From: an uncultured bacterium
Lineage (GTDB): Bacteria > Fidelibacterota > Marinisomatia > Marinisomatales > UBA1611
Direction of reading: 5' to 3'
NCBI GenBank assembly: GCA_943788175.1
Contig: CALSPG010000008.1
Span: forward strand, 1-64,000
Length of the DNA stretch: 64,000 nucleotides
Shown here piece after piece: positions 29,413 to 39,687 of this stretch; position 1 is the first letter of the stretch, and every line of letters begins with the position of its first letter. The notes beneath the pieces are model-generated. The model had not been told where the DNA came from, did not search any database, and saw only the letters and a list, made by a program, of their open reading frames with translations. Made by a program: the position numbers and the translations under genes.

Positions 29413-29604
29413 GTGCAAAAATATTTAGTATTATTTAGCGTTTTGAATTCTTTAGGTTGCGAAGATGAAAATGAAGATTGCCCTGCAATTTATGCGCCGG
29501 TTTGCGGGTCTAATAAAGTCACGTATGATAATGATTGTTCTGCAAGAAATGCAGGCCTCTTAGAATGGACTGAAGGCGAATGTGACTTTACAGATGAATC
29601 TTAA
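29413..29604 (+). CDS. Small Kazal-domain lipoprotein
   Basis: SLGC lipobox; CPAIYAPVCG...TYDNDC. Confidence 0.78.
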   Translation: MQKYLVLFSVLNSLGCEDENEDCPAIYAPVCGSNKVTYDNDCSARNAGLLEWTEGECDFTDES

Positions 29605-29766
29605 AAGTTCAACTTCTGTAAAGATATATGTTAAATAGTAGGTAGATTTATACATACAGTGGGAGTGGAATAAAGAAACGAAAATTACTTTGGTGCCTTT
29701 GATAATTGGCATTGTCGCGGGTGCTTTGCTTACACTTTCAATGAAATATTTAAAAGAAAGTTTATT

Positions 29767-30075
29767 ATGAAAAATTATATAGCAATGAATAGATTTAAAA
29801 TTGCATTAGGTAGAGAATCTGATTTTGAAGGTATTTGGAAGAATAGAGAAACTTTTTTAGATGATGTTGATGGATTTCAAAAATTTAACCTTTTGAAAGG
29901 TCCGGTTAATGATGACCACTCATTATATACTTCCCATAGTACCTGGCGTTCTAAAGCAGATTTTGAAAACTGGAAAAAATCTGAAGCATTTAGAAAAGCA
30001 CATAGTGGAGGGGGAGATCATCAAGGCATATACTTAGGTCATCCTGATTTTGAAGGTTTTGAGGTTGTCCTTTAA
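29767..30075 (+). CDS. ABM-family monooxygenase (heme-degrading type)
   Basis: YIAMNRF...FE..W..R...SEAFRKAH. Confidence 0.9.
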   Translation: MKNYIAMNRFKIALGRESDFEGIWKNRETFLDDVDGFQKFNLLKGPVNDDHSLYTSHSTWRSKADFENWKKSEAFRKAHSGGGDHQGIYLGHPDFEGFEVVL

Positions 30076-30179
30076 TTTAAACCAGTACATTAGTGTTTTT
30101 TATTCAAAGGGTAAAAGTAGATCTATTTAATAATTCATTAATGAATTAAAAATTTAATCAATCTTATAAATATTTATAT

Positions 30180-30899
30180 ATGCAATCAGAGGAAAGACTA
30201 AAACGATATAAAAAGTTAATTTGGAAAGACCAAAATAATAATACCCTAAATTATCGTCTTCTTGAACCTGACAACATACAACAAGATAGTAAACACCCAA
30301 TTTTATTTTTTTTGCATGGTGCTGGTGGAAGAGGTTCAAACAATGAAGATCAGCTTATAGATGCAGGAAGCATTAGGGCTTTTTCCAACCAAAATATTTC
30401 TTCTAAATATAATTCATATATTTTAGCTCCTCAGGTTTCTAACGATAAAAAATGGGTAGATGTCGAATGGAATACTATGGAACATAACATGCCAAATATT
30501 TCTAATACGATGAATATGGCCTTTAAAATTTTGGATAAAGTTATCGATACGAATCCCATTGATATTAATAGAGTGTACGTTCTTGGATTATCTATGGGAG
30601 GATTTGGAACTTGGGATGCATTGCAACGGAGACCTCATTTTTTTGCAGCAGGAGTACCGATTTGTGGCGGCGGTGACATTAGTAAAAGTAAGATTATATC
30701 TCAGATACCAATTTGGGCATGGCATGGCGATAAGGACGATGTAATACATGTAAATAGATCTAGGGATATGTATCAAACCATAAAAAAGCACAATTCGAAT
30801 ATTAAATATTCAGAGATCAAAGACAGGGGGCATGATGTTTGGCTTGACGTATGGAATTCAAAAGAACTTTGGGATTGGATTTATCGACAAAGTCGCTGA
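30180..30899 (+). CDS. Alpha/beta hydrolase (phospholipase/peptidase-like)
   Basis: FLHGAG.RG, GLSMGG, WHGDKD, GHDVW. Confidence 0.9.
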   Translation: MQSEERLKRYKKLIWKDQNNNTLNYRLLEPDNIQQDSKHPILFFLHGAGGRGSNNEDQLIDAGSIRAFSNQNISSKYNSYILAPQVSNDKKWVDVEWNTMEHNMPNISNTMNMAFKILDKVIDTNPIDINRVYVLGLSMGGFGTWDALQRRPHFFAAGVPICGGGDISKSKIISQIPIWAWHGDKDDVIHVNRSRDMYQTIKKHNSNIKYSEIKDRGHDVWLDVWNSKELWDWIYRQSR

Positions 30900-30965
30900 G
30901 CCTTGATAATATCAAAGCCTGCACCCGTTGGCTTTAGGGGGTTAGTCTTATTCAGCCTGATTAAA

Positions 30966-31172
30966 CTAAGTTTTACAAGTCTCAACACCCAGAACTTTAT
31001 ATATCATATAAACACCACTTAGTGCATTAAACATTAAGACTCCGCCTATAGCGCAAATGATTAATGTATAAAGAGATAACTCAAGAAATAATTGCGTTGG
31101 AAGTAAAAACAATGAAACAATGAATCTCAAAGTTCTCTCTGATTTGCTTTGGTTCTTTTTAAATAAATTCAT
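30966..31172 (-). CDS. DUF2892/YgaP-like membrane protein (paralog of 23488-23694)
   Basis: MNLFKKNQSKSERTLRFIVSLF; same 207-nt length. Confidence 0.8.
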   Translation of the reverse strand: MNLFKKNQSKSERTLRFIVSLFLLPTQLFLELSLYTLIICAIGGVLMFNALSGVYMIYKVLGVETCKT

Positions 31173-31450
31173 TTTGATTAAATATAAGTTGCTGCGATGT
31201 TTTTCGTCCCATGTCACGAACATTGTAAGATAATTATTTGTAGTTTTGAATGTAGATAAAGGATAATGAGATGTCTTTTTTAACAACATTAAAAAAAGTA
31301 GAAAATATAATTCTTGGGAAAAAATCAAATGATAACAAGTCTAAGGATCATTGGAAGAAATATCGAAGACCAAAAATAAAATCAAAAACCTAAATGTAAA
31401 ATTTTGAATTAGCAGTGTTTTTGTGGCTTAAACTAACTGCTGATTAAAAT

Positions 31451-32062
31451 ATGGATATTAAAACACTTATAGGGATGTCTTTTGTTTGTGCGATGGGTGC
31501 TATATCACCTGGACCAAGCTTGGTTGTCGTTTTGAGGAATACTGTCTCTGGTGGAAGAATTTTAGGAGTAATGACAGGAATAGGCCATGGTATTGGACTA
31601 ACTGTTTATGCCTTTATTGCAGTAATGGGTTTATCTTCTGTCCTAATAGCCAATGAGCAGATATTTAAGTCACTACAATGGGCTGGAGCATTAGTTCTCA
31701 TATGGCTGGCTTTTAATTTGATTACTAACAAGCCATCAAATGCAACTAAGAGTTACAATTCCAGCGGACGCAAAGGCTTTTTGGAAGGTTTTATGATTTC
31801 TTTTTTGAATCCTAAGATTCTTGTTTTTATGGTCGCAGTTTTTAGTCAATTTATAAATCCCGACATAACTAATATTGGTCGTTTCATCATGGCTATTGTA
31901 GCTGGGGTCATTGATACCACTTGGTATGTTTTGGTGGCTATGGTTTTTTCTGGAACTTCGATGGTGGATAAATTAAGACTTCATGCAGGTATCATTGATC
32001 GTTTTATCGGTATAGTGCTTCTTGCCCTTGCAATGATTTTAATTATTAAAACAATGAATTAA
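31451..32062 (+). CDS. LysE/RhtB family exporter
   Basis: SPGPS, F..GF...NPK. Confidence 0.93.
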   Translation: MDIKTLIGMSFVCAMGAISPGPSLVVVLRNTVSGGRILGVMTGIGHGIGLTVYAFIAVMGLSSVLIANEQIFKSLQWAGALVLIWLAFNLITNKPSNATKSYNSSGRKGFLEGFMISFLNPKILVFMVAVFSQFINPDITNIGRFIMAIVAGVIDTTWYVLVAMVFSGTSMVDKLRLHAGIIDRFIGIVLLALAMILIIKTMN

Positions 32063-32166
32063 GGTTTATTATATTATTTTTTTAAGACAATATGATAACT
32101 AAAAGCTTTTACAACCCCCAACTGTCGTTGGGTTTTTTATTTACAGAATAGTAGTTAGATTGTATT

Positions 32167-32349
32167 ATGAACAAAATTAGTGAATGGTTTAAAAAAAATG
32201 AACGCTTCATTATTGGACTTGGTGTAATTCTAGCTATACTAAATATTCCAAGTCTATTACCTTTAGAGGAAATTAGTATCGTTCCGATTGTCATAATTGT
32301 TTGGTTGTTTTACACTATATATGCAAATGAAAGATGGAAGGGATTTTAA
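32167..32349 (+). CDS. Small two-TM membrane protein
   Basis: ATG 5 nt after TAGATT, downstream of a junction-repeat variant. Confidence 0.65.
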   Translation: MNKISEWFKKNERFIIGLGVILAILNIPSLLPLEEISIVPIVIIVWLFYTIYANERWKGF

Positions 32350-32353
32350 AATA

Positions 32354-32920
32354 ATGGGAATCATTAGTGCTGATAAATCAATAAATGAAAATAGTGGACG
32401 ATTGGAAATACAATATCATAAAACAAAAATTGGAGAATTAGTTTTAGGTTCCTATGATAGTAAGCTTTGCTTACTTGATTTCAGATATAGAAAAATGCGA
32501 TTCGCAGTTGATAATCGTTTAAAAAAAACATTAAATGCAAAATTCGTAGTTCAAGATAATAAAATATTAAAAGAAACGCGGAAACAGATAACTGAATACC
32601 TCGGGGCAGAAAGAAAAACATTTGATTTGCCAATTTTATCTGTTGGAAGTGATTTTCAAAAACAAGTTTGGGAGGCATTATTAAAAATAAATTATGGAGA
32701 AACCGCATCTTACCTAGATATAGCAAAGTATATTGGGAATGAAAAAGCAGTAAGGGCCGTTGCCTCCGCAAATGGTGCAAATGCTATAGCCGTTATAATA
32801 CCCTGTCATAGAATTATTGGAAGTGATGGTGAGCTTGTTGGTTATGGTGGAGGATTACCAATAAAGAAAAGATTATTAAACTTAGAAGAAAAGCATTCAA
32901 AACTTGCTAATCATTTGTAA
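32354..32920 (+). CDS. ogt: Methylated-DNA-protein-cysteine methyltransferase
   Basis: RAVA.ANG.N, active-site IPCHRII, GYGGG. Confidence 0.93.
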   Translation: MGIISADKSINENSGRLEIQYHKTKIGELVLGSYDSKLCLLDFRYRKMRFAVDNRLKKTLNAKFVVQDNKILKETRKQITEYLGAERKTFDLPILSVGSDFQKQVWEALLKINYGETASYLDIAKYIGNEKAVRAVASANGANAIAVIIPCHRIIGSDGELVGYGGGLPIKKRLLNLEEKHSKLANHL

Positions 32921-32927
32921 AAATTTA

Positions 32928-33089
32928 ATGTTCAAGCAAAAACCATCATTTTATGTCTCAATTATTTTTCCATTGCTATGCTTCCTTTCAACATCTCAAA
33001 TAAATAACAGAGGTGGAGAGTTTTTATTTTATTTTTTAGGGGTATGTAGTCTGGCCTGTATGCTTGCTTTTATTTTCACTGATAAATGA
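32928..33089 (+). CDS. Possible small membrane protein
   Basis: Two hydrophobic segments after ATG 32928. Confidence 0.35.
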   Translation: MFKQKPSFYVSIIFPLLCFLSTSQINNRGGEFLFYFLGVCSLACMLAFIFTDK

Positions 33090-33202
33090 GTTAAAGACTT
33101 TGCTCAATTCTTTAGATATTTCAGGTGTCGAATAACTCATCAAAACATGAATTGCGTTTCAATATTTAGTAGAATTTAGATCTTATATATTATCCAGGAT
33201 TT

Positions 33203-33616
33203 TTATTCAATTTCTAATAATTCTATATCAAATATTAAAGTTGCATTAGGTGGGATTACGCTGCCTGCACCTTGTGAACCATAACCCAGATTTGGTGGAA
33301 TAGTTAATCTTCGTGTGCCACCAATTTTCATCCCAGGGACACCTTCATCCCATCCTTTAATAACGACACCAATGCCGACTGTAAATGAAAATGGTTCACG
33401 GTTTGGATTTTTTGATGAATCAAAAATTATTCCATCTGTCAATTTTCCTGTGTAGTGAACGGTTACATTGTCCATTGATTTTGCTTCAGCGCCATCGCCA
33501 ATCACAAGATCCTCAATAATAAGTTCGCCTGTCATAGTTTCTCCTTGCTCTTCACAACTAATACTAAAAAGTAATATGGATATTATTATCAAATGTAAAA
33601 TGTTAAATTTCTTCAT
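33203..33616 (-). CDS. FKBP-type peptidyl-prolyl isomerase lipoprotein
   Basis: VHYTG.L.DG..FDSS, VIKGWDEG, IPPNATLIFDIEL; SISC lipobox. Confidence 0.93.
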   Translation of the reverse strand: MKKFNILHLIIISILLFSISCEEQGETMTGELIIEDLVIGDGAEAKSMDNVTVHYTGKLTDGIIFDSSKNPNREPFSFTVGIGVVIKGWDEGVPGMKIGGTRRLTIPPNLGYGSQGAGSVIPPNATLIFDIELLEIE

Positions 33617-33661
33617 TAGTTGCTTATTTTTTCTTTTAAACCAACATGAAATTAATTGTTT

Positions 33662-34972
33662 ATGGATCAAACTCAAACGCTCTTCGATACTCACTTACCT
33701 CCATTAGCGGAGCGTCTTCGTCCAACTAATATAAATGATTATAAAGGGCAATCACACTTAGTTGGCAATGGAAAAATTCTGAAAACAATTATTGAAGAAA
33801 AAAAAATATTTTCTATGATACTTTGGGGTCCACCTGGTACAGGTAAAACAACCCTTGCGCGTATAATTGCTCAAAAAACTAATGCCGTCATTAAAGAAAT
33901 ATCAGCTATCTCTAGCGGAGTGAAAGATTTACGTGGGGTTATTTCAATGGGTAAGTCTAATCGAGAGATGGGTAAACAAACTCTCTTATTTATCGATGAA
34001 ATTCATCGGTATAATAAATCACAACAAGATGCACTTCTTAAAGCTGTTGAGGAAGGCACTGTTAATCTTATTGGTGCGACTACAGAGAACCCTTCTTTTG
34101 AAGTTATATCGCCACTTCTATCTCGATGCAAAGTTTTAACTCTAAAGTCCTTAGAAGAATCTCATCTAGAATCCATTTTAAATCATGCATTCGATACTGA
34201 TATTATTTTGAGTCAAGCGGGTATTACAATAGGAAGTGATGTCCAAAAAAAGCTTATTAAATCAGCTGGTGGAGATGCAAGAAAAATGCTAAATACCTTG
34301 GATGTGGCTGTGCAATTATTAGGAGAAGAAAAAGAGATCACGGATCAAATTTTTTCTGAAGCGGCACAATCTAAAACATTGATTTATGACAAAAAAGGCG
34401 ATTATCATTATGATACAATTAGTGCTTTCATAAAATCTGTAAGGGGTAGCGATCCTGATGCTGCTATTTATTGGCTAGCTGTAATGTTAGAGGGAGGTGA
34501 AAAACCTGAATTTATAGCCCGAAGGCTTATCATTTTAGCTTCTGAGGACGTTGGGAATGCTGATCCAAATGGATTAATCATTGCAACGTCTGCTTTTCAA
34601 GCTGTTCATATAATTGGCATGCCAGAAGCATCTATTATCTTAGGTCAAATAACAACCTATCTTGCAAGTGCTCCAAAATCAAATGCTTCTTATGAGGCTA
34701 TTAATCAAGCACGTGACTATGTGAAGGAGAATGGTGCGCCATCTGTACCTCTTCATTTGCGAAATGCACCCACAGGGCTGATGAAAAATTTAGATTATGG
34801 TAAAGAATATAAATATCCTCATTCGCATCCAGACCATTTTGTAAATGTGAATTATTTACCAGAAAAAAATGATGTAAATTTTTTTAAACCGTCTAACCAA
34901 GGGCATGAAAAATGGATAAAAGAAAGGTTGCAATCTTTATGGGGAGATAGATTTATATATGAAAAAAAATAG
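33662..34972 (+). CDS. rarA: Replication-associated recombination protein A
   Basis: [39 protein letters not shown]. Confidence 0.96.
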   Translation: MDQTQTLFDTHLPPLAERLRPTNINDYKGQSHLVGNGKILKTIIEEKKIFSMILWGPPGTGKTTLARIIAQKTNAVIKEISAISSGVKDLRGVISMGKSNREMGKQTLLFIDEIHRYNKSQQDALLKAVEEGTVNLIGATTENPSFEVISPLLSRCKVLTLKSLEESHLESILNHAFDTDIILSQAGITIGSDVQKKLIKSAGGDARKMLNTLDVAVQLLGEEKEITDQIFSEAAQSKTLIYDKKGDYHYDTISAFIKSVRGSDPDAAIYWLAVMLEGGEKPEFIARRLIILASEDVGNADPNGLIIATSAFQAVHIIGMPEASIILGQITTYLASAPKSNASYEAINQARDYVKENGAPSVPLHLRNAPTGLMKNLDYGKEYKYPHSHPDHFVNVNYLPEKNDVNFFKPSNQGHEKWIKERLQSLWGDRFIYEKK

Positions 34973-35459
34973 GTTATTTATTTATTTTTTTTTCATTATT
35001 TCATACAGCTTTTCAGGTGACAATCATTGGACTGAAAGTAGTTTTCCGGGAGGATATCTGAGCCTAGGTATTCAAATGGGAAAAACAAAAGACAATTCCA
35101 GGTTCATAGATATTCAAATTAGTCCATCATTTGTATTAATTGGACCATATAAACATAAGTTTTCAGGGTATATATTTTTAGGTAGTTCAATAGGGAAAAG
35201 ACTTAGTAAAGAGAAATCTAATATTTATTTCGATGTTAATTTAAATTTTTGGAATACGTTATTAACACTTGGAGGAGGGAAAGGTTTTATTCTAGATAAA
35301 GATGAGAAATACCTAAGAAATAAAACCTGGGCTGGTTTAGGTTTTTTACCTCTGATAGTATGTACTGATAATTATATTATTGATAAAAATAAATATAAAC
35401 AGGCTGGGATTATGGGAGTGCTTCCTTTCCCTTTTTTTGGCAACAACTTTTACCCATAG
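34959..35459 (+). CDS. Exported hypothetical protein
   Basis: Signal-like N-terminus; overlaps rarA stop. Confidence 0.7.
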   Translation: MKKNRLFIYFFFIISYSFSGDNHWTESSFPGGYLSLGIQMGKTKDNSRFIDIQISPSFVLIGPYKHKFSGYIFLGSSIGKRLSKEKSNIYFDVNLNFWNTLLTLGGGKGFILDKDEKYLRNKTWAGLGFLPLIVCTDNYIIDKNKYKQAGIMGVLPFPFFGNNFYP

Positions 35460-35592
35460 AAAGTTTAATTATTGTTCATTACGAGATGTCTTTGTTTTGC
35501 TAACTAATGTTATGATAAATATTATTTAATTATTTGCAAATAATATTAGTTGTACAATTTTAGTAATCTTAATTTCGCCACCTTATATTGTA

Positions 35593-35727
35593 ATGAAAAG
35601 AAGTACGATGTTTACTACAGCAAGAGAGCGGAGACGAAGACGAAGACGATTTATTGTCGACAGAATCAATAATGTTCGATCTAGAAATGCGCAATGGTAT
35701 CCCGTTAAAAGACAAGATATTTTGTAG
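35593..35727 (+). CDS. Possible 44-aa Arg-rich small protein
   Basis: MKRSTMFTTARERRRRRRRFIVDRINNVRSRNAQWYPVKRQDIL; GC-richer than flanks; followed by junction repeat. Confidence 0.45.
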   Translation: MKRSTMFTTARERRRRRRRFIVDRINNVRSRNAQWYPVKRQDIL

Positions 35728-35908
35728 CATTATTTTTAGATAAAGGAGACTAGAACATATTGTTTTATTTTATTTTTTCTAAAAATATAAAATCACCAAA
35801 AAGCCCCACATCTGTGGGGTTTTTTACTATAAACCAAAATATTTTTTAACTTTTTTTTTAAAGATGAGTCTAATTAGTATAGAGTAATAAAAATAAAAAG
35901 GCATTATT

Positions 35909-36283
35909 ATGATTAAATATTTATTAATTATTATTATCTTTTTGTCTTCTGTATTTGCTGATGGCCCCGGTAATAAACGTTGGAAAAAAGGGCATAAGAA
36001 ACACTACAGATATAAAAAACATAAAACCCACAAAGTAGTACATCACACTAGACCAAATGTAAAAATTAAATATGGATATCATTGGTGTTTAACTCCATGG
36101 AGGAACCTTTATCCAAGACATAACCATAATAATGTGGTGGTTATAAAAAATGAAGATAATGTTTTAAATGATAGTTCAGATGTTTTTGAAAAAATTCAAC
36201 AATTAGGCGCTTTAAAAGAAAGTGGTCTAATCACTGAAAAAGAATTTTTAAAAGCAAAAAAAGTACTATTAAAGAAGATTTAA
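35909..36283 (+). CDS. Exported His/Lys-rich protein with C-terminal SHOCT domain
   Basis: Signal peptide; LGALKESGLITEKEF.KAKKVLL. Confidence 0.8.
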   Translation: MIKYLLIIIIFLSSVFADGPGNKRWKKGHKKHYRYKKHKTHKVVHHTRPNVKIKYGYHWCLTPWRNLYPRHNHNNVVVIKNEDNVLNDSSDVFEKIQQLGALKESGLITEKEFLKAKKVLLKKI

Positions 36284-36418
36284 AATAAAATAGAGGGCAT
36301 CAAAAAACTATTTGATAATTTTGTTGGCGTGCTCAAGTTCTGTTTCGGATAGATACTGAGTGTATCCTTAAATTTTTTCAACGACTAAAAAAACACTTTT
36401 TATCTGAGCTCATAAATT

Positions 36419-37117
36419 TTATACTAGAATTTGTTTTTTATCTTCCTGAGTATTTTCATAAAAATCAGTGATGTATGGTTTAAGTATGTACATTGCCTCG
36501 TCAACATCTTGTACAATAATAATATTTTTAAAATCATTTTTACCGATTAGGTTCTTCTTCAGAGGCTCTGATTTCATCCAATCAATTAAGCCTCCCCACA
36601 TTCCTCCTAATAATATTATTGGTCTCTCAGAAATGTGTTGGACTTGAATTAATTGCCATGTGTACAATAACTCAAGGATTGTACCAATCCCACCTGGGGT
36701 TACAATTACAGCGTGACTGATACGCATAAATTCATCTAATCTTGATGAGAATCTTTTATGATGGTAAGTAACATCAAGGTGGTCATTGGGGGTTGTTTCA
36801 AAGGGTAAATCAATATGGAGTCCAATTGATTTTGAATCTGATCCACCATCCTTAGCGCCTGCATTGGCTGCTTCCATTAGACCTGGCCCGCCACCAGTGA
36901 CGATATCTGTTTTATTTTGAGCAAGCTTTTTAGCAAGTGTATATACTTGAGTGTAGTCAGAAGTCCCTTCTTTTATTCTTGCAGACCCAAAAATACTCAC
37001 TCTATAATAATTGCTTCCAATCTCTGTAACTAAAGAGTCTAAATCGGCTACAATATTATTTAGCTGTTGAATTTTTTTTGAAAGAAACTTCCTTACTACT
37101 TTTTCTTTAATTTGCAT
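36419..37117 (-). CDS. LOG family nucleotide phosphoribohydrolase
   Basis: SIFGSAR, TGGGPGLMEAAN, PGGIGT..EL. Confidence 0.92.
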   Translation of the reverse strand: MQIKEKVVRKFLSKKIQQLNNIVADLDSLVTEIGSNYYRVSIFGSARIKEGTSDYTQVYTLAKKLAQNKTDIVTGGGPGLMEAANAGAKDGGSDSKSIGLHIDLPFETTPNDHLDVTYHHKRFSSRLDEFMRISHAVIVTPGGIGTILELLYTWQLIQVQHISERPIILLGGMWGGLIDWMKSEPLKKNLIGKNDFKNIIIVQDVDEAMYILKPYITDFYENTQEDKKQILV

Positions 37118-37301
37118 CTAAATCTCACTTTCATATTCCTTTAAATATTAACTGCCTTGGAATATAATGTAAAAATTAATGCTTTGATTGATGAATTAAT
37201 CATAAAAATTCACTTTTTAGTTTTTTGTTTGTGGAAAAATAATATTTTTAATTATATATTGAGTTAATATAAAATAAGAAAAATATAAGGTATAAAGAAT
37301 T

Positions 37302-37628
37302 ATGAGCGATGATAGTATTTTTGATGATATAAATCTGACAAAGAAAAAGACGATTACAAATGGTAAGAAGTATGACTTCTATGTATTTAAAACTCTCAAA
37401 CTGGAAAAAGAGATTTCTAAAGGTAAGTTTGGAAAAGGCGATACCTCAATAAGTCAAATTAAGAATTATAAACTTATTGATGATGAAGGTGATGATCTGC
37501 TAGATGTAAAGTTACAGTGTTCTAAAAAGTTAGATGATGCAATGACTGGATTTACACCAAAAGAAGCAAAAAAAGTAATGGACGAGGTTCTTAAAAGGTT
37601 GATGAAGATAGGTCTAGTTAAAGTATAA
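37302..37628 (+). CDS. Hypothetical protein
   Basis: 108-aa ORF followed by junction repeat. Confidence 0.7.
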   Translation: MSDDSIFDDINLTKKKTITNGKKYDFYVFKTLKLEKEISKGKFGKGDTSISQIKNYKLIDDEGDDLLDVKLQCSKKLDDAMTGFTPKEAKKVMDEVLKRLMKIGLVKV

Positions 37629-37695
37629 AATTTTTTAGGTCCAATTTTTAGTTAAGCCCCACTTACGTGGGGTTTTTAATTTTCGGGATACAATT

Positions 37696-37714
37696 AATGC
37701 GATTGATTCTCAAT
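37696..37714. promoter_or_regulatory. Fur-box-like site
   Basis: AATGCGATTGATTCTCAAT resembles the palindrome at 58950. Confidence 0.45.
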
Positions 37715-37741
37715 TTCATTTTTATTAAATTCCAGATACTT

Positions 37742-37825
37742 ATGAAATCGAAATGTTGCAAAAAGTTCAAGAAAAAAGGCAAGTGGTGCAAAAAATGCCC
37801 GAAACTCAAAAAGCCCAATAATTAG
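37742..37825 (+). CDS. 27-aa Cys/Lys-rich peptide
   Basis: MKSKCCKKFKKKGKWCKKCPKLKKPNN; CC-x9-CxxCP. Confidence 0.55.
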   Translation: MKSKCCKKFKKKGKWCKKCPKLKKPNN

Positions 37826-37944
37826 CCCAGGAATTTTTTTTAGTTTTTTGACCTCAATTTTTTTAACCTAATCATACTTATTGAGTCTAATCATTATAAT
37901 CAACCAAAATTTTGTAAAAAAACCATAAAAAGAGAAAGTCTAAA

Positions 37945-39687
37945 ATGAAACTAATTATCACACTTTTTATTTTATCAGTATCCATTTACAGTCAGTGTGA
38001 AGACGGAGAATTTTCTACAAATGGAATTCTAGATAGTATTAGTGTAGAAATTTTTAATGATGACGAATCTGTAAATGCATATAGCGTTTATTCTTGGACT
38101 TCTGATGAGCTTAATAGAATATTATCTGGCAATGGAATTCCAAATCATGAGGTTGGAACATTTCCTAACCCAAACAACCCGAACACTATCAGTGAGCAAA
38201 ATGTAAATGAATCTTTTACGCTCTGTCCAACATTAGTTTCAGAGACTGGTGAGCCAGCTGGAGGTCCCGCTGGTGCGATAGCTTTCGCTATTAACAGTGT
38301 GAAATTTGATCCTGCCACTGCAGGAAGGTGCAATGATGATGGTGAATGCAGTCTTGCTCAGGGACAAGGAAATTGGAGCATAGAGGCTCTTGGTCATGAG
38401 ACATTTGACTTTGGCGATGACATGAATCATGCTCATGTGCAGCCAACGGGGGAATATCACTATCATGGTATGCCAGAATTACTAATAGATTTTTTAGGAG
38501 ATAATCAAGGTATGACTCTTGTTGGGTGGGCCTCAGATGGTTTTCCAGTTTATGCCAGGTACGGTTACACAGATTCAAATGATTCAACTAGTGAATTAAT
38601 ATCGCTTCAACCAAGTTATAGATTGAAATCTGAACCTGATCTAAACCGTCCAGAAACGTTAACCTCCTTAGCAGGTGGACCTGGACAGGGCGGAACAACG
38701 CCTAATACACCAATACCGATGGGCGCTTTTACTCAAGATTTTGAATATGTTGAAGGATTAGGAGATTTAGATGAGTGTAATGGCAGGTTTGGAGTCACTC
38801 CAGAATTCCCAAATGGTATCTATTACTATTCAGTCACTGATGATTTTCCATATTTTACAAGGTGCTTGAAAGGTGAATTTGACACTGCTGGTGGTGGCGG
38901 TGGTGTTGTGGATTGTGAAGATGTACCCGCCGGTTTACCATGTTGTGGCGATGGCGCATGTGGTGGCCCTGAAACAGAAGATAATTGTCCAATTGATTGT
39001 GCAACATCGATTGTTCCTCCAGAATTAAATAGTTTTAGTCTTTCTGCTGATAGTGTAAATACTAGTCTCAATGCAGCTATTGTTATCTACAATATTGGAG
39101 CTAGTTCCTATAATGCTACTCTTTCTAGCTATTCTTTGAAATTAATATTAAATGGTGGTCCAATTAACGGAGGAGAAATAATTGAAGAGTCGGGACTATT
39201 TAATGAAGGGCTCTATGAAACTACAATCTCTGGATATTTTTTATTTCCAGCTGAGTCTAGTGAGGGGCAATGGAATGTAAGAGTTGAATTAAATGATATA
39301 AACGATAATTCAATAAATTTGAGCCCAAGTGATTTAGCGCAAAAAAACTTTCAAAATTACATCATTGTTGATAATGCTTCTCTGGGAATACCAGGAGCTG
39401 AATTACCATTACATTTTTCTTTAGATCAAAATTTCCCTAACCCGTTTAACCCCTTGACCTCCCTAAGATATGCAATTCCAGAGAGTGCAATTGTAAAAAT
39501 AACTGTTTATGATGTTCTAGGAAATATTATCAAAAATATTATAAACGAAAAACAATCACCGGGATTTAAAACAGTGCAATGGGATGCAACAAATAATTTA
39601 GGCGAACCAGTTTCTGCTGGATTATATATCTACAGTATAGAAGCCGGGGATTTTAGACAAACAAGAAAAATGATACTTTTAAAATAA
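37945..39687 (+). CDS. Secreted YHYH-domain protein with CTD
   Basis: AHVQPTGEYHYHG, GWASDGFPVY, GDLDECNGR; CTD. Confidence 0.9.
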   Translation: MKLIITLFILSVSIYSQCEDGEFSTNGILDSISVEIFNDDESVNAYSVYSWTSDELNRILSGNGIPNHEVGTFPNPNNPNTISEQNVNESFTLCPTLVSETGEPAGGPAGAIAFAINSVKFDPATAGRCNDDGECSLAQGQGNWSIEALGHETFDFGDDMNHAHVQPTGEYHYHGMPELLIDFLGDNQGMTLVGWASDGFPVYARYGYTDSNDSTSELISLQPSYRLKSEPDLNRPETLTSLAGGPGQGGTTPNTPIPMGAFTQDFEYVEGLGDLDECNGRFGVTPEFPNGIYYYSVTDDFPYFTRCLKGEFDTAGGGGGVVDCEDVPAGLPCCGDGACGGPETEDNCPIDCATSIVPPELNSFSLSADSVNTSLNAAIVIYNIGASSYNATLSSYSLKLILNGGPINGGEIIEESGLFNEGLYETTISGYFLFPAESSEGQWNVRVELNDINDNSINLSPSDLAQKNFQNYIIVDNASLGIPGAELPLHFSLDQNFPNPFNPLTSLRYAIPESAIVKITVYDVLGNIIKNIINEKQSPGFKTVQWDATNNLGEPVSAGLYIYSIEAGDFRQTRKMILLK

